A stretch of 64,000 nucleotides of DNA from contig JAJPHL010000033.1 in NCBI GenBank assembly GCA_021325275.1, forward strand, positions 63,291-127,290, in the 5' to 3' direction. A program made the translations under genes and the position numbers. The stretch comes from Terriglobia bacterium. GTDB lineage: Bacteria > Acidobacteriota > Terriglobia > JAJPHL01. Under the pieces are notes generated by a model. The model saw nothing but the letters and a program-made list of their open reading frames with translations, was not told the origin of the DNA and searched no databases. Shown piece after piece: positions 53,919 to 63,365 of the stretch (positions are counted from its first letter, which is position 1; each line of letters opens with the position of its first letter).

Positions 53919-54053
53919 TTTGGAGTGCGGCGACTCGTCGCCGCTTTGTTAGCCCGCGGCTTGACGCGGGCCGCGCTTCGCGTAGTTACAAACCAGGCGC
54001 GCGAGTCGAGCCTCGCGGCGTCGAAAGCGGCGACAAGTCGCCGCACTCCAAAT
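53919..54053. terminator. cluster of five stem-loops; outer 30-nt arms are inverted copies (tttggagtgcggcgactcgtcgccgctttg / gaaagcggcgacaagtcgccgcactccaaa); bidirectional terminator or REP-like element between convergent genes
   Basis: Each outer arm is itself a hairpin (gcggcgac N3 gtcgccgc). Inner palindromes gcccgcggcttgacgcgggc and gcgagtcgagcctcgcg. Begins right after the galM stop. Confidence 0.55.
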
Positions 54054-54170
54054 GAATCGCGCGGCAAACTTCCTGTTCTTCGTTCTGGCAAGCGCCGCAT
54101 TCGCGCAAGCGCCCGTTAGGCTCAAACTCGCTCCCGTCGAATCGCTGTTTTTTATCGGCGAGCCGTAGAC

Positions 54171-57100
54171 CTACGGCTGAATCGGTATGAAGACCGTATC
54201 GCTGACCAACTGCGGACCCATGCTCATGTTCAGGCCGATCATGTTGCCCGTCGGCGCATTCGCCGGGATTTGAATGTTCACTTGATATACACCGACGAGG
54301 CCAGGAGCTAAGCCCGCGAAACTCACCGGAGCTTGAACTGACGACATCGGCGGCCCGAGCATCACCGTTGGCGTTGTCAACGTCATGGAGAGAGGACTCG
54401 CCACAGCCACCGCGCCGTCCGCCGGCGTGTTCGTCACCGGACCCAAGCCGCTCACGTACAGTTCCACGTATTCTCCGGGTTTCACCGGCCGAGAGGTGGC
54501 CGTAAATCCAACGGGCGCGGCGAGCACGCCGCCGGTGTTGGCAATCAGCGCGGCTGGATTTCTTGCGCCTTGCGCACTGGTCACCAGGAAAAACGCCGGG
54601 TTGATCGCCGCGATCACGTTGGACTCGATCGGCGAGGTGCCGCCGCCGTTGATGACCGTCGCGGAAAGCATCGCCTGCGTGCTGGTTTCCCATGGGATTT
54701 GCACATTGATCTGGGCTGGGGAGACATACAAAATCGGCGCGGCGACGCCATTGATCTGCACCGTGGTTCCGTTCATGCTCGATGGCAGTGGAATCGAGGA
54801 CGCGCCGGCGATGCCCGACGCGAGATCGGCGCCGAAGATGCTCGCCAAGCTTCCGGGCGACGGAGTGAACGCGTACGCGCCGGCCGCCGCCGTAATGATG
54901 CCGTTCAAATTGATGGCCGGCGCGAGCGACGGTGGCAGGCTCGTCGCGCTGGTGATTTTCGCGATAAGCGCGTCGGACGCTCCGCCGCCGTACGCCGATT
55001 GCGCGGCTGCGACCGAAAGCGGGTACGAAGTTCCCGGCCAGACATAGCCTGCGATATACGCGACTCCCTGCGCGTCCACGGCGATGGCCGAAGCTTGCGT
55101 CACACTGTTGCCGCCAAAATACGTCGAATAGAGCAAGGCCGATCCGGTGGGATTGAATTTCATCAAGAACGCGTTGGAAGGTCCGCGCAAGCTGAGTTGC
55201 ATCGGATCCATCAGCGGCAAGTCGGTGGAACTGACAATGCCCGTCACATAGGCGTTGCCTGTTGGGTCGACGGCCACACCCTGGCCACTCGCAGTGATCG
55301 ATCCCAAGCGTGTGGAGTAAACAAGCGCCGATCCATCCGCCGCCACTTTCGAAAGGTAGCCGCGGCCGCTCGAGAACAGCGGATTCACGAGTGGAAAGTT
55401 GTTCGTGGTTGAGATCGAGGCGTCGTAGCCGGTTACATAGGCGGATCCACTCGCGTCCACGGCGATCGCGTATGGCGATCCGTTCGAAGAAGTGCCGCCG
55501 AGATAACTCGCATAAACCGGCGCGCCGCTGCCGTTCAGCTTAGCGACAAAGGTGGCGGCATGGCTGGTCTGGAAAGCGTTTAGCAAGGGAAAGCTCGTCG
55601 ACGGCGTACCGGTGACGTAAGCATTTCCTGGCGCGTCGACCGCGATGGCAATTCCGGCATCGTTTCCCGCGCCGCTCATAATGGTGGAATATAGCAGCGC
55701 CGATCCCCCGGCGTTCAATCGCGTCACAAAAACGCTGCTGTCTCCTGCGCCCAACTTTGAGACGTTTTGCAGCGCCAAGCTCGATGGGAAATTCGTCGAT
55801 GCCGTGGTGCCGATGATTGTGGCGTTGCCCGCGGAATCAACCGCGATGCCGTTCGCGACGTCGCTCGCCGATCCGCCCAAGTACGTGGAGTACACCAGCG
55901 TTCCCGTGGAACTCAGTTTTGCCACGAACGCGTCGTTCGTGCCGGCGTTGGCGCTTTGAAAGACGCCCGGCGTCGTGGGAAAGTCGGAGGAATTGGTGTA
56001 TCCGGTGACGTAGGCGTTTCCCGCGGAGTCCACGCTGACACCCGTCGCCCCCTCGGTGTTCGCGCCGCCCAGATACGTGGCATACACGAGATTTCCGTTG
56101 GGATCATACTTCGCGACAAACGCCTTCTGCAGCACTCGCTGTCCCGCGTAGACCGTCGAGGGATTGCGCGGATCAACCAACAGCGAATAGACGTTGACGC
56201 TGTTCAGTCCGTTGTTGGCCGGCGCCCAGGTATTTCCACCGTCGGTGCTTTTGCTGACGCCCGAGGTCCACCCGGCGTAGACATTCGATGTGTTGACAGG
56301 ATCGATCGCCAGTGAACGCGCAATGAAGCTGCAACACGTTATATTGGCTTGCCAAGTGGCGCCGCTGTCGGTGCTTCGCAGAAGAACGTCGCCCGCGGCA
56401 AAGATCGTCGAAGGAGTTTTCGGATCGACAGCCATCGTTTGGGCGCCCCGGTTCCTCAGCACCGTTTGCCACGTCGCGCCCGCGTCCGTGCTCTTGTAGA
56501 TCGCCGGTGTAAATCCGCTCGTTCCAACGTACAGCGATGGCGACGCTTGCGAATCCGCGACGATCGCGTTTACGGGACCATTGATCTGGATCGCGGTCCA
56601 AGTGGCGCCGCCGTCGGTGCTGCGATAGAGTGCCGGTCCGGCTGCGAGAGAGCTGCCAACTCCCGCCAGCAGCACGCCCGAAATCGTGGGATGCACGAGA
56701 ATCGATAGGATGTCCGATCCGGCGAAGTGCAGCAGCGTCCAGGTCGCGCCGCCGTCGCCGCTTTTGTAGATACCGCCGCCGGTCGCACTCAGTGTTCCGG
56801 CGTAGATCGTGGAGGTTTTCGGATCGATCGCCAACGTATTCACGTAATACGACGGCAGCGCGCTCGTCGCGCTCCACGATTGGCCGGCATTGGTGCTCTT
56901 GTACACTCCCGCGAACGTGGCCGCGTAGAGTACACCTGCAGGATCGATGGCCAGCGACTGAACTTGTACACTGGACAATCCCGCGCCCGACGTAATCCAC
57001 TGTGTCGCGCCGTTGGTCGATTTCGAAACTCCGGCGCGCGCACCTTGAAACGCGGCACGCGTAGGAAAATTGCTCGACGCCGTGAATCCTGCGACGTAGG

Positions 57101-57755
57101 CATTGCCCGCGCTGTCGAGGGCGATTCCCGTGGCCTGATCGGCGTCGTCGCCGCCGGCGAGCGTCGCGTAGACCACGACGGGATCGATCAGCAACGGCGC
57201 GCGGGAATCCACGCCGGCCACGGCGAAACGCAGACGATTGCGGTCAGCCAGAACAAAGTGTCCTTCGAGGTGCTGTCCCGCTTGCGATACGTCAGGGTGG
57301 CGGATCCGCACGTTGTCGACAATCGCATCGCCGCGCGAATCGATGTGAATGTTGCGTGAGCCCGGAAAGTCGATGGCAATGCGCCGCCAATCGGCGCCCG
57401 GCGATACATTGATGTCGAACTCAAGATCGTGCGCGTGCGCGTGGTAAACCACGGCGATCCCGGGATAGATTTCGGTGAAACGCACTTCGGCCACGCTTGC
57501 CACGCCGACGTTCCAGTTGCGCGGGTCGCGGCCGGTGATGTAGTTCAAGCGAGCGGCGGGGCCGGTCTCGACGCCGCAACGCTTCGCACCACGAAAGCGC
57601 ATGCGCACCGTTCCGAATCGCGCGCCGCGGCAGTCGACGACGGTATCGCGCGCCACAAAGCTGTCGCCGTGGCGTTCGAACCGCAACGGCAGAGCGAACA
57701 CCGATGTTCCGAGGAGAAAGATGGTAATGAATGTGCGGCGGGTGGCAGTGACCAC
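54171..57755 (-). CDS. giant secreted repeat protein: BNR/Asp-box-like (S-x-D-x-G-x-T-W) propeller repeats + SBBP beta-propeller repeats + C-terminal Ig-like domain of the Solibacter-type family
   Basis: 1194 aa. Repeats YKSTNAGQSW, YKSGDGGATW, YRSTDGGATW, YKSTDAGATW, LRSTDSGATW, SKSTDGGNTW. Then repeated G(V/I)A(V/L)DSAGNAYVTG.T.S.(D/N)FP blocks. C-terminal ~250 aa resembles the uncharacterised C-terminal domain abundant in Ca. Solibacter proteins. Confidence 0.85.
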   Translation of the reverse strand: MVTATRRTFITIFLLGTSVFALPLRFERHGDSFVARDTVVDCRGARFGTVRMRFRGAKRCGVETGPAARLNYITGRDPRNWNVGVASVAEVRFTEIYPGIAVVYHAHAHDLEFDINVSPGADWRRIAIDFPGSRNIHIDSRGDAIVDNVRIRHPDVSQAGQHLEGHFVLADRNRLRFAVAGVDSRAPLLIDPVVVYATLAGGDDADQATGIALDSAGNAYVAGFTASSNFPTRAAFQGARAGVSKSTNGATQWITSGAGLSSVQVQSLAIDPAGVLYAATFAGVYKSTNAGQSWSATSALPSYYVNTLAIDPKTSTIYAGTLSATGGGIYKSGDGGATWTLLHFAGSDILSILVHPTISGVLLAGVGSSLAAGPALYRSTDGGATWTAIQINGPVNAIVADSQASPSLYVGTSGFTPAIYKSTDAGATWQTVLRNRGAQTMAVDPKTPSTIFAAGDVLLRSTDSGATWQANITCCSFIARSLAIDPVNTSNVYAGWTSGVSKSTDGGNTWAPANNGLNSVNVYSLLVDPRNPSTVYAGQRVLQKAFVAKYDPNGNLVYATYLGGANTEGATGVSVDSAGNAYVTGYTNSSDFPTTPGVFQSANAGTNDAFVAKLSSTGTLVYSTYLGGSASDVANGIAVDSAGNATIIGTTASTNFPSSLALQNVSKLGAGDSSVFVTRLNAGGSALLYSTIMSGAGNDAGIAIAVDAPGNAYVTGTPSTSFPLLNAFQTSHAATFVAKLNGSGAPVYASYLGGTSSNGSPYAIAVDASGSAYVTGYDASISTTNNFPLVNPLFSSGRGYLSKVAADGSALVYSTRLGSITASGQGVAVDPTGNAYVTGIVSSTDLPLMDPMQLSLRGPSNAFLMKFNPTGSALLYSTYFGGNSVTQASAIAVDAQGVAYIAGYVWPGTSYPLSVAAAQSAYGGGASDALIAKITSATSLPPSLAPAINLNGIITAAAGAYAFTPSPGSLASIFGADLASGIAGASSIPLPSSMNGTTVQINGVAAPILYVSPAQINVQIPWETSTQAMLSATVINGGGTSPIESNVIAAINPAFFLVTSAQGARNPAALIANTGGVLAAPVGFTATSRPVKPGEYVELYVSGLGPVTNTPADGAVAVASPLSMTLTTPTVMLGPPMSSVQAPVSFAGLAPGLVGVYQVNIQIPANAPTGNMIGLNMSMGPQLVSDTVFIPIQP

Positions 57756-57833
57756 GAAGACCTCTTAGATGATTCTCTCCCATCAGACATCTCCCGAGTG
57801 AGCAACATTGCACACGTTTTTACAACCCTCCTG

Positions 57834-57873
57834 TTGACATTCGACCCAAGCGATCGCATACTCGGGTCGAATG
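57834..57873 (+). promoter_or_regulatory. PadR module-3 promoter (TTGACA N17 CATACT) overlapped by a 13-bp inverted repeat (cattcgacccaag / ctcgggtcgaatg); autoregulatory operator candidate; near-leaderless ATG
   Basis: Read directly. The -10 lies 9 nt upstream of the ATG at 57871, and the IR spans the -35 through to the start codon. Confidence 0.5.
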
Positions 57874-58200
57874 CCAACCCGAATCCCCATTCTTCAAGGC
57901 ACCCTTGATCTCTTAATCTTGCGCATGCTCCTGTTCGGCAAGCAGCACGGGCAGGGAATCGCGCGCGCTATTCAGGAGCAATCGGGCGACGAATTGCTCG
58001 TCGATCATGGATCGCTCTACCCCGCGCTGCAGCGATTGGAAGACCGCGGATGGATCGCCGCGGCGTGGGGCACCAGCGAGAACAATCGCAAAGCGCGCTT
58101 CTACAAACTCACCAGCGCGGGCCGAAAGCAGTTGGTGCAGGAAACTAGCGACTGGCGACGGCTCGCCGCCGCCGTCTTTCGCGTATTGGATCCTCAGTAA
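57871..58200 (+). CDS. PadR family transcriptional regulator (module 3)
   Basis: [82 protein letters not shown]. Confidence 0.9.
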   Translation: MPTRIPILQGTLDLLILRMLLFGKQHGQGIARAIQEQSGDELLVDHGSLYPALQRLEDRGWIAAAWGTSENNRKARFYKLTSAGRKQLVQETSDWRRLAAAVFRVLDPQ

Positions 58201-58225
58201 GAGGATCCTCAAGAAGAGATCCCCA

Positions 58226-60838
58226 ATGAAACGCCCGCTTGACGATTTTTCCGCCGAGATCGAAGCGCATATCGCGCTCGAGGCCGACCGTTTGCAGCGC
58301 GAGGGCATGAGCCCGCAAGACGCGCTCGATGCCGCGCGCCGCCGCTTTGGATCGGTGACGCAATCGAAGGAGCGCTACTACGAACGGACACGCCGGCCGT
58401 GGCTCGAACACATGATGCAAGACGTGCGCTACGCGATGCGGCAACTCCGGCGCAGTCCCGGCTTTGCCGTCGCTGCGGTGCTGACGCTGGCGTTGGGAAT
58501 CGGCGCGAATACCGTGATCTTCACGGCCATCGATCAACTCGCATTGCATCCGCTGCCGTTCCGCGACGCGTCAACGCTGATGTCGATTGAAACGCGGAAA
58601 AGCGCCAGCGACGAAGCGTGGACCTCGCGTCTCGACTTCGACGATCTGCGCCGCAGCGTGAAATCGTTCACTTCCCTGGCCGCGATTTCACCGGTGTGGA
58701 ACGTGGTGATGACCGGGCGCGGCGACGGAGAGCGCTTGGAAGCACTGTACGTATCGTCGAGTTTTTTTCCCATGCTCGGCGTGCCGCCGGGCACGGGGCG
58801 CGGCTTCTCCGATGCCGACGACAAATCGGGCGCGCCGGGCGTGGTGATTCTCTCGCACGAATTTTGGCAGCGGCGTTTCGGCGGCGATCCCGCGCTGCTG
58901 GGGCAAAAACTCAATCTCGACAGCAGAACCTACACGGTCATTGGAATTCTGCCCGCGGGATTCTTTTATCCCGGCGAGCCAATGGCCGGCACGGCCAACG
59001 TGATCGACGTGTGGATGCCGCTGGCCGCGAATCAAATCTACAACTCGCCGCGCGGGTTGCGTTTCCTGAAAGTGATTGGCCGCCGTGCGCCGGGCGTCTC
59101 GCCGCTACAGGCCAACGACGAAGTTCGTCGCGTTGGCGCCGTGCTGGCGTCGCAGTTTGCTTCCACGAATCAGGGATACGAGATCGGCGCGCGGTCGTTG
59201 GAAGAACAAGCGGGCGGCCAAGTGCGTCCCATGGCCGCGTTGTTGCTCGGCGCGGTGGGATTAGTGTTGGCGATGGCGTGCACGTCGGTGGCGAACTTGC
59301 TCCTGGTTCGCGCCGCGGCGCGCCGTCGTGAGATTTTCATGCGTGTCGCGCTTGGCGCGTCGCGCGTGCGGTTGCTGTTGCAGCTTTTGGTGGAGGGATC
59401 GTTGCTCGCGGCGTGCGGCGGTGTCGCGGGCGTCGCGTTAGCTGCCGCGGGTTTGAAACTCTTGATCGCCGCCGCACCCGCCAGCCTGATCGGAAGCCGC
59501 GCGATGACGCTCGACGTGCGCGCGCTCGCGGTTACCGCCGCGTACGCGCTGGCCAGCGCCATTTTCACGAGCCTGCCGCCGGCGTGGCGCATGATTGGGC
59601 ATGCCGAAATCGGCGCGAAGCTTCGGGAGAACGCCGCATCGGTCGCGGGAGGGCATCATCGTTTGCGATCGGCGCTGGTCGCGACGCAGGTGGGATTCGC
59701 ACTGGCGTTGCTCGTGGGCGCGGGATTGCTCTTGCGCAGCTTCGCGCGACTCCTTGACGTGGCGCCCGGCTTTGACGCCGATCGCGTGGCGACAATTTCC
59801 ACGCAATTGCCATCGTCGGCCGGCACGCCCGCGCAGCGCACCGCGGTCTACCGCCAGATCGAAGCGCGCATGCGCGCGGTTCCCGGCGTGCAATCGATGG
59901 CCTCTGTGAGCCGCCTGCCTCTTGGCGGAATGAATCTCGGAAGCTGGGTGTGGATCGAAGGCCGCACCGAGGGCCCGGGAGCGCAACCGGGCAGCGAAGC
60001 CGAATATCGCGTGGCCACACCGAATTATTTCGAGACCATGGGCATTCCGCTGATCGCCGGGCGCACTTTCGACGACCACGATAACGCGACGGCCGGCACG
60101 GTCTGCGTGATCAATCAAACCATGTCGCACGCCTATTTTTCGGGGCAAGATCCCGTGGGGCAGCACATCAAGTTGGGCATGAATCCCGAGCAGCAGCCGT
60201 GGATCACGATTGTCGGCGTGGTCGGCGACGTTCATCACGTCGCGATCGATGCGCCGCCGCGTCCGGAAGTGTATCGTCCCTACGCGCAGAATCCCTTGGG
60301 CTCGCCGGTACTCGTGATGCGCGTGGCGGGCGATCCGGCCTTGATGCTTGAGACAATGTCCGCGGCCGTGCGATCGGTGAATCCGGAAATGCCCGCGTAC
60401 AACGTCTTCTCGATGCGCGAGCTGGTGCGACGCTCCAACGCGCAACGCCGCTTCGTGGTGATGCTACTCGGTGCGTTCGCGCTGGCCGCGGTGTTGCTCG
60501 CGGCGGTGGGAATCTACGGCGTCGCGGCGCAATTCGTCGCGCAACGCACGCGCGAGATTGGATTGCGAATGGCGCTGGGCGCCACACCACAATCGGCGCT
60601 GCGGTTGGTGCTGGCGGCGGGCGCGCGGCTGATCCTCCTGGGCCTCGCGGGCGGATTGCTCGCGGGTGCGGCGCTGGGTCGTGTGGCGCAGGGCATGTTG
60701 TTTCACGTAAGCCCACTCGATCCCCTGGTGTTCGCCGCGGCGGCCGGCGTCCTCGCGGTGGTCGCGATGCTCGCATGTTCGGGTCCCGCGGTGCGCGCCA
60801 CGCGGATCGCGCCGATGGTTGCGCTTCGGGAAGAGTAG
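58226..60838 (+). CDS. ADOP-family duplicated FtsX/MacB-like ABC permease (module 3)
   Basis: 870 aa, two FtsX repeats. N-terminal ...MRQLRRSPGFAVAAVLTLALGIGANTVIFT. Start set at Met 73 codons into the supplied ORF, after the PadR stop. Confidence 0.9.
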   Translation: MKRPLDDFSAEIEAHIALEADRLQREGMSPQDALDAARRRFGSVTQSKERYYERTRRPWLEHMMQDVRYAMRQLRRSPGFAVAAVLTLALGIGANTVIFTAIDQLALHPLPFRDASTLMSIETRKSASDEAWTSRLDFDDLRRSVKSFTSLAAISPVWNVVMTGRGDGERLEALYVSSSFFPMLGVPPGTGRGFSDADDKSGAPGVVILSHEFWQRRFGGDPALLGQKLNLDSRTYTVIGILPAGFFYPGEPMAGTANVIDVWMPLAANQIYNSPRGLRFLKVIGRRAPGVSPLQANDEVRRVGAVLASQFASTNQGYEIGARSLEEQAGGQVRPMAALLLGAVGLVLAMACTSVANLLLVRAAARRREIFMRVALGASRVRLLLQLLVEGSLLAACGGVAGVALAAAGLKLLIAAAPASLIGSRAMTLDVRALAVTAAYALASAIFTSLPPAWRMIGHAEIGAKLRENAASVAGGHHRLRSALVATQVGFALALLVGAGLLLRSFARLLDVAPGFDADRVATISTQLPSSAGTPAQRTAVYRQIEARMRAVPGVQSMASVSRLPLGGMNLGSWVWIEGRTEGPGAQPGSEAEYRVATPNYFETMGIPLIAGRTFDDHDNATAGTVCVINQTMSHAYFSGQDPVGQHIKLGMNPEQQPWITIVGVVGDVHHVAIDAPPRPEVYRPYAQNPLGSPVLVMRVAGDPALMLETMSAAVRSVNPEMPAYNVFSMRELVRRSNAQRRFVVMLLGAFALAAVLLAAVGIYGVAAQFVAQRTREIGLRMALGATPQSALRLVLAAGARLILLGLAGGLLAGAALGRVAQGMLFHVSPLDPLVFAAAAGVLAVVAMLACSGPAVRATRIAPMVALREE

Positions 60839-60850
60839 CGAACTAAGCGT

Positions 60851-61020
60851 CGCTTTGCGGCTTCGCCGCTGCTTTGTGCGGAAAGGCTTGGCCTTTCCGA
60901 AACGCCTTTAAATACTTTCGCAAGGCTGGGCCTTGCGCGCGAGGCACAGCCTCGCCAAATGCAAATGCAGATCCGGAAAGGCACAGCCTTTCCGCACAAA
61001 GTAGCGGTGGAGCCGCAAGG
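60851..61020. repeat. REP/MITE-like nested palindromic element (family copy 3)
   Basis: gcggcttcgccgctgctttgtgcggaaaggcttggcctttccg ... ccggaaaggcacagcctttccgcacaaagtagcggtggagccgc with an internal palindrome caaggctgggccttg. It begins 13 nt after the ADOP stop. Confidence 0.75.
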
Positions 61021-61124
61021 GTTTCACTGCCGCCTAACCGCTCATCCCTCCCTCGTTTTCTACAATCTTTTCTGCTATCCTGGTACGGTTCTATAGCGTT
61101 ATTCTCAAGGCAGGAAACGTTTTC

Positions 61125-62456
61125 ATGTCTAACGCGATTAGCCGCCGGGAGTTCAACAAACGCGCCGCCGCCGTGGCCGCTGCTTTCGGACTCTCCAACT
61201 TCGACATTCCGGAACTTTTTCCCACCGTTCACGCCGCCTCCGAGCCCGTGAAATGGGCCATGATCGGCACCGGCACGCGCGCGCTCGATTTGTTGCGTCC
61301 GCTCAGCACCAACACCGGCGGTCAATGCGTGGCTCTTTGCGATATTTATCCGCCCAACCTCGAACGCGCCGCGAAAACCATCGGCGGGAGCCCCACGCAT
61401 TACGACGACTATCGAAAAGTCCTCGAGCGGAAAGATGTGGAAGCGGTGATGATCGTGACGCCGCTCGATCGCCACGCCTTCATGACGCTCGACGCGTTGA
61501 GCGCCGGCAAGCACGTCTTCTGCGAGAAGACCATGGTGTTCAAGGAGCAGGAAATCGCCGCGTTGCGCGAAGCCGTCGCTGCACATCCCAAGCAGGTTTT
61601 CCAAGTAGGATTGCAGCGCCGCTACAGCGAGATCTACCACATGGGCATGCAGATGATCCGGCGCGGCGCATTGGGACGCGTCACGCACTGCTATGCGCAT
61701 TGGAATCGTAACAGCGATTGGCGGCGTCCCGTGGCCGACGCGAAACTGGAGCGCTTGATCAACTGGCGCATGTACAAGGAATATTCCGGCGGCCTGATGG
61801 CCGAGTTGGGATCGCATCAAATGGACATCGCGGGATGGGCGTTCCAGGCCGATCCGCGCTCGGTGATCGGCACGGGCGGCATCGATTATTGGAAGGACGG
61901 CCGCGAAGTTTACGACAACGTCAGCGTGATTTTCGAATATCCCGAGGGACAAAAAGCCGTTTTCACGTCGATGCTGAACAATCAGCATTACGAATTCGGC
62001 GAACACTTGTGCGGCGACGGCGGCACGATGGAGTTGACCTTGGCGGGTCCCAGCGGCACCGGAACGTTTTGGGTGGAACCGAAAGCCAAGGCCACGGCGG
62101 CCGCCGGGAAAGCGAAAGAACAATGGTGGGCCGGCGCGACGGTCAGCGCCAGCGCGACGCAAAAGGGCATGCCGATTTTCCCGGATGAAATCGGCGAAGA
62201 CATGCCGTTCATGGATCGCGAGCGCGCCTTCGGACGCCGCTGGTTAGCGCAGCGCGGATGGTACGAGGTCACCGAACCGAAGAATCCGGTGGGCACGCAG
62301 TTCGAGCATTTTTTCATGTGCATTCGCGAAGGCAAGCATCCGTTGTCGGACATCAACGTGGGCGCCTCAGACGCCGAAGCGGTGGTTTACGCGAATCAAG
62401 CGATGGACGAGAATCGCCGGGTGTTCTGGCCGAAATATCGGGACCAAAAGGGCTAG
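61125..62456 (+). CDS. Gfo/Idh/MocA family oxidoreductase with twin-arginine (Tat) signal peptide
   Basis: SRREFNKRAAAVAAAFG Tat motif. Rossmann block WAMIGTGTRA...ALCDIYP and the EKP-like motif FCEKTM of the Gfo/Idh/MocA family. 443 aa. Confidence 0.85.
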   Translation: MSNAISRREFNKRAAAVAAAFGLSNFDIPELFPTVHAASEPVKWAMIGTGTRALDLLRPLSTNTGGQCVALCDIYPPNLERAAKTIGGSPTHYDDYRKVLERKDVEAVMIVTPLDRHAFMTLDALSAGKHVFCEKTMVFKEQEIAALREAVAAHPKQVFQVGLQRRYSEIYHMGMQMIRRGALGRVTHCYAHWNRNSDWRRPVADAKLERLINWRMYKEYSGGLMAELGSHQMDIAGWAFQADPRSVIGTGGIDYWKDGREVYDNVSVIFEYPEGQKAVFTSMLNNQHYEFGEHLCGDGGTMELTLAGPSGTGTFWVEPKAKATAAAGKAKEQWWAGATVSASATQKGMPIFPDEIGEDMPFMDRERAFGRRWLAQRGWYEVTEPKNPVGTQFEHFFMCIREGKHPLSDINVGASDAEAVVYANQAMDENRRVFWPKYRDQKG

Positions 62457-62463
62457 AACAAAA

Positions 62464-62540
62464 GCAACCGCAGATGAACGCAGATAAACGCAGATTCGGA
62501 ATTGTGTTATCTGCGTTCATCTGCGTTTATCTGCGGTTGC
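62464..62540. repeat. 77-bp near-perfect palindrome built from tandem CGCAGAT(G/A)AA heptamer/decamer units, spanning the ApbE start codon and signal-peptide coding region
   Basis: Left arm gcaaccgcagatgaacgcagataaacgcagat and right arm atctgcgttcatctgcgtttatctgcggttgc (2 mismatches), with a 13-nt loop. Begins 8 nt after the oxidoreductase stop. Confidence 0.7.
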
Positions 62541-63361
62541 TTTCGTTTGGTCTTGCCGCGCAGGAAATCCGCTATGAGGCTTCCCATGTTTCCATGGGAA
62601 GCGAATATCAAATCGTGGTCTACGGACCGAATCGCGCGGTTCTCGCCGAAGCGTGCGAGCAAGCGTTCGCCGAGATCGATCGCCTGGACGATTTGCTCAG
62701 CAACTACAAACCGCAGAGCGAACTTTCGCGCGTGAATGCGACGGCCGCCAAAGGTCCCGTGAAAGTCACGCCCGAGTTCTTCGACTTTCTTCGCGTCTCC
62801 GACGAGTTTCGCCGCCAAACGTTCGGCGCCTTCGATATCACCCTGGGACGCGGCCGGCTCTCGCTCGATACGCGCAACTCCACCGTCGAGTTCACGACTC
62901 CAGAAGTCAAACTCGATCCCGGCGGCATCGGCAAAGGACTGGCCGTCGATCACGCCATCGACATTTTGAAAGCGGCCGGCATCAAGCGCGCGCTGGTGAG
63001 CGCCGGGATGAGCACGATCAACGCGATCGGCACGCCGCCGGGCGAAGATCAAGGATGGAAGATCACGATTCGCTCGCCGAAATCGAAGGACATCGCGGCG
63101 GCGACGGTATATCTGAAAGACAATTCGTTGAGCACGTCCGCAACGTACGAGAAGGGCCGCCACATCATCGACCCTCGAACCAAAAAGCCCCCGGAAAATG
63201 GTGTCGAGGCCGTTTCGTCGATGGCCATCACCGGAACGGAGTCCGACGCAATCACGAAATGCTTTTTTGTTCTCGGGCGCCAGGGCGCCTCCGCGTTTTT
63301 GCGCGCGCATCCCAGCGATCGCGCGTTGGTGTGCGACCCGGAATGCTCCTGGGTGAAGTGA
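62474..63361 (+). CDS. FAD:protein FMN transferase (ApbE family), exported
   Basis: Signal peptide MNADKRRFGIVLSAFICVYLRLLSF. ApbE blocks ...HVSMGSEYQIVVY..., LDPGGIGKGLAVD, STSATYEKGRHIIDPRT. Start set at Met 72 codons into the supplied ORF, because the upstream part overlaps the Gfo gene. Confidence 0.8.
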   Translation: MNADKRRFGIVLSAFICVYLRLLSFGLAAQEIRYEASHVSMGSEYQIVVYGPNRAVLAEACEQAFAEIDRLDDLLSNYKPQSELSRVNATAAKGPVKVTPEFFDFLRVSDEFRRQTFGAFDITLGRGRLSLDTRNSTVEFTTPEVKLDPGGIGKGLAVDHAIDILKAAGIKRALVSAGMSTINAIGTPPGEDQGWKITIRSPKSKDIAAATVYLKDNSLSTSATYEKGRHIIDPRTKKPPENGVEAVSSMAITGTESDAITKCFFVLGRQGASAFLRAHPSDRALVCDPECSWVK

Positions 63362-63365
63362 GTCG

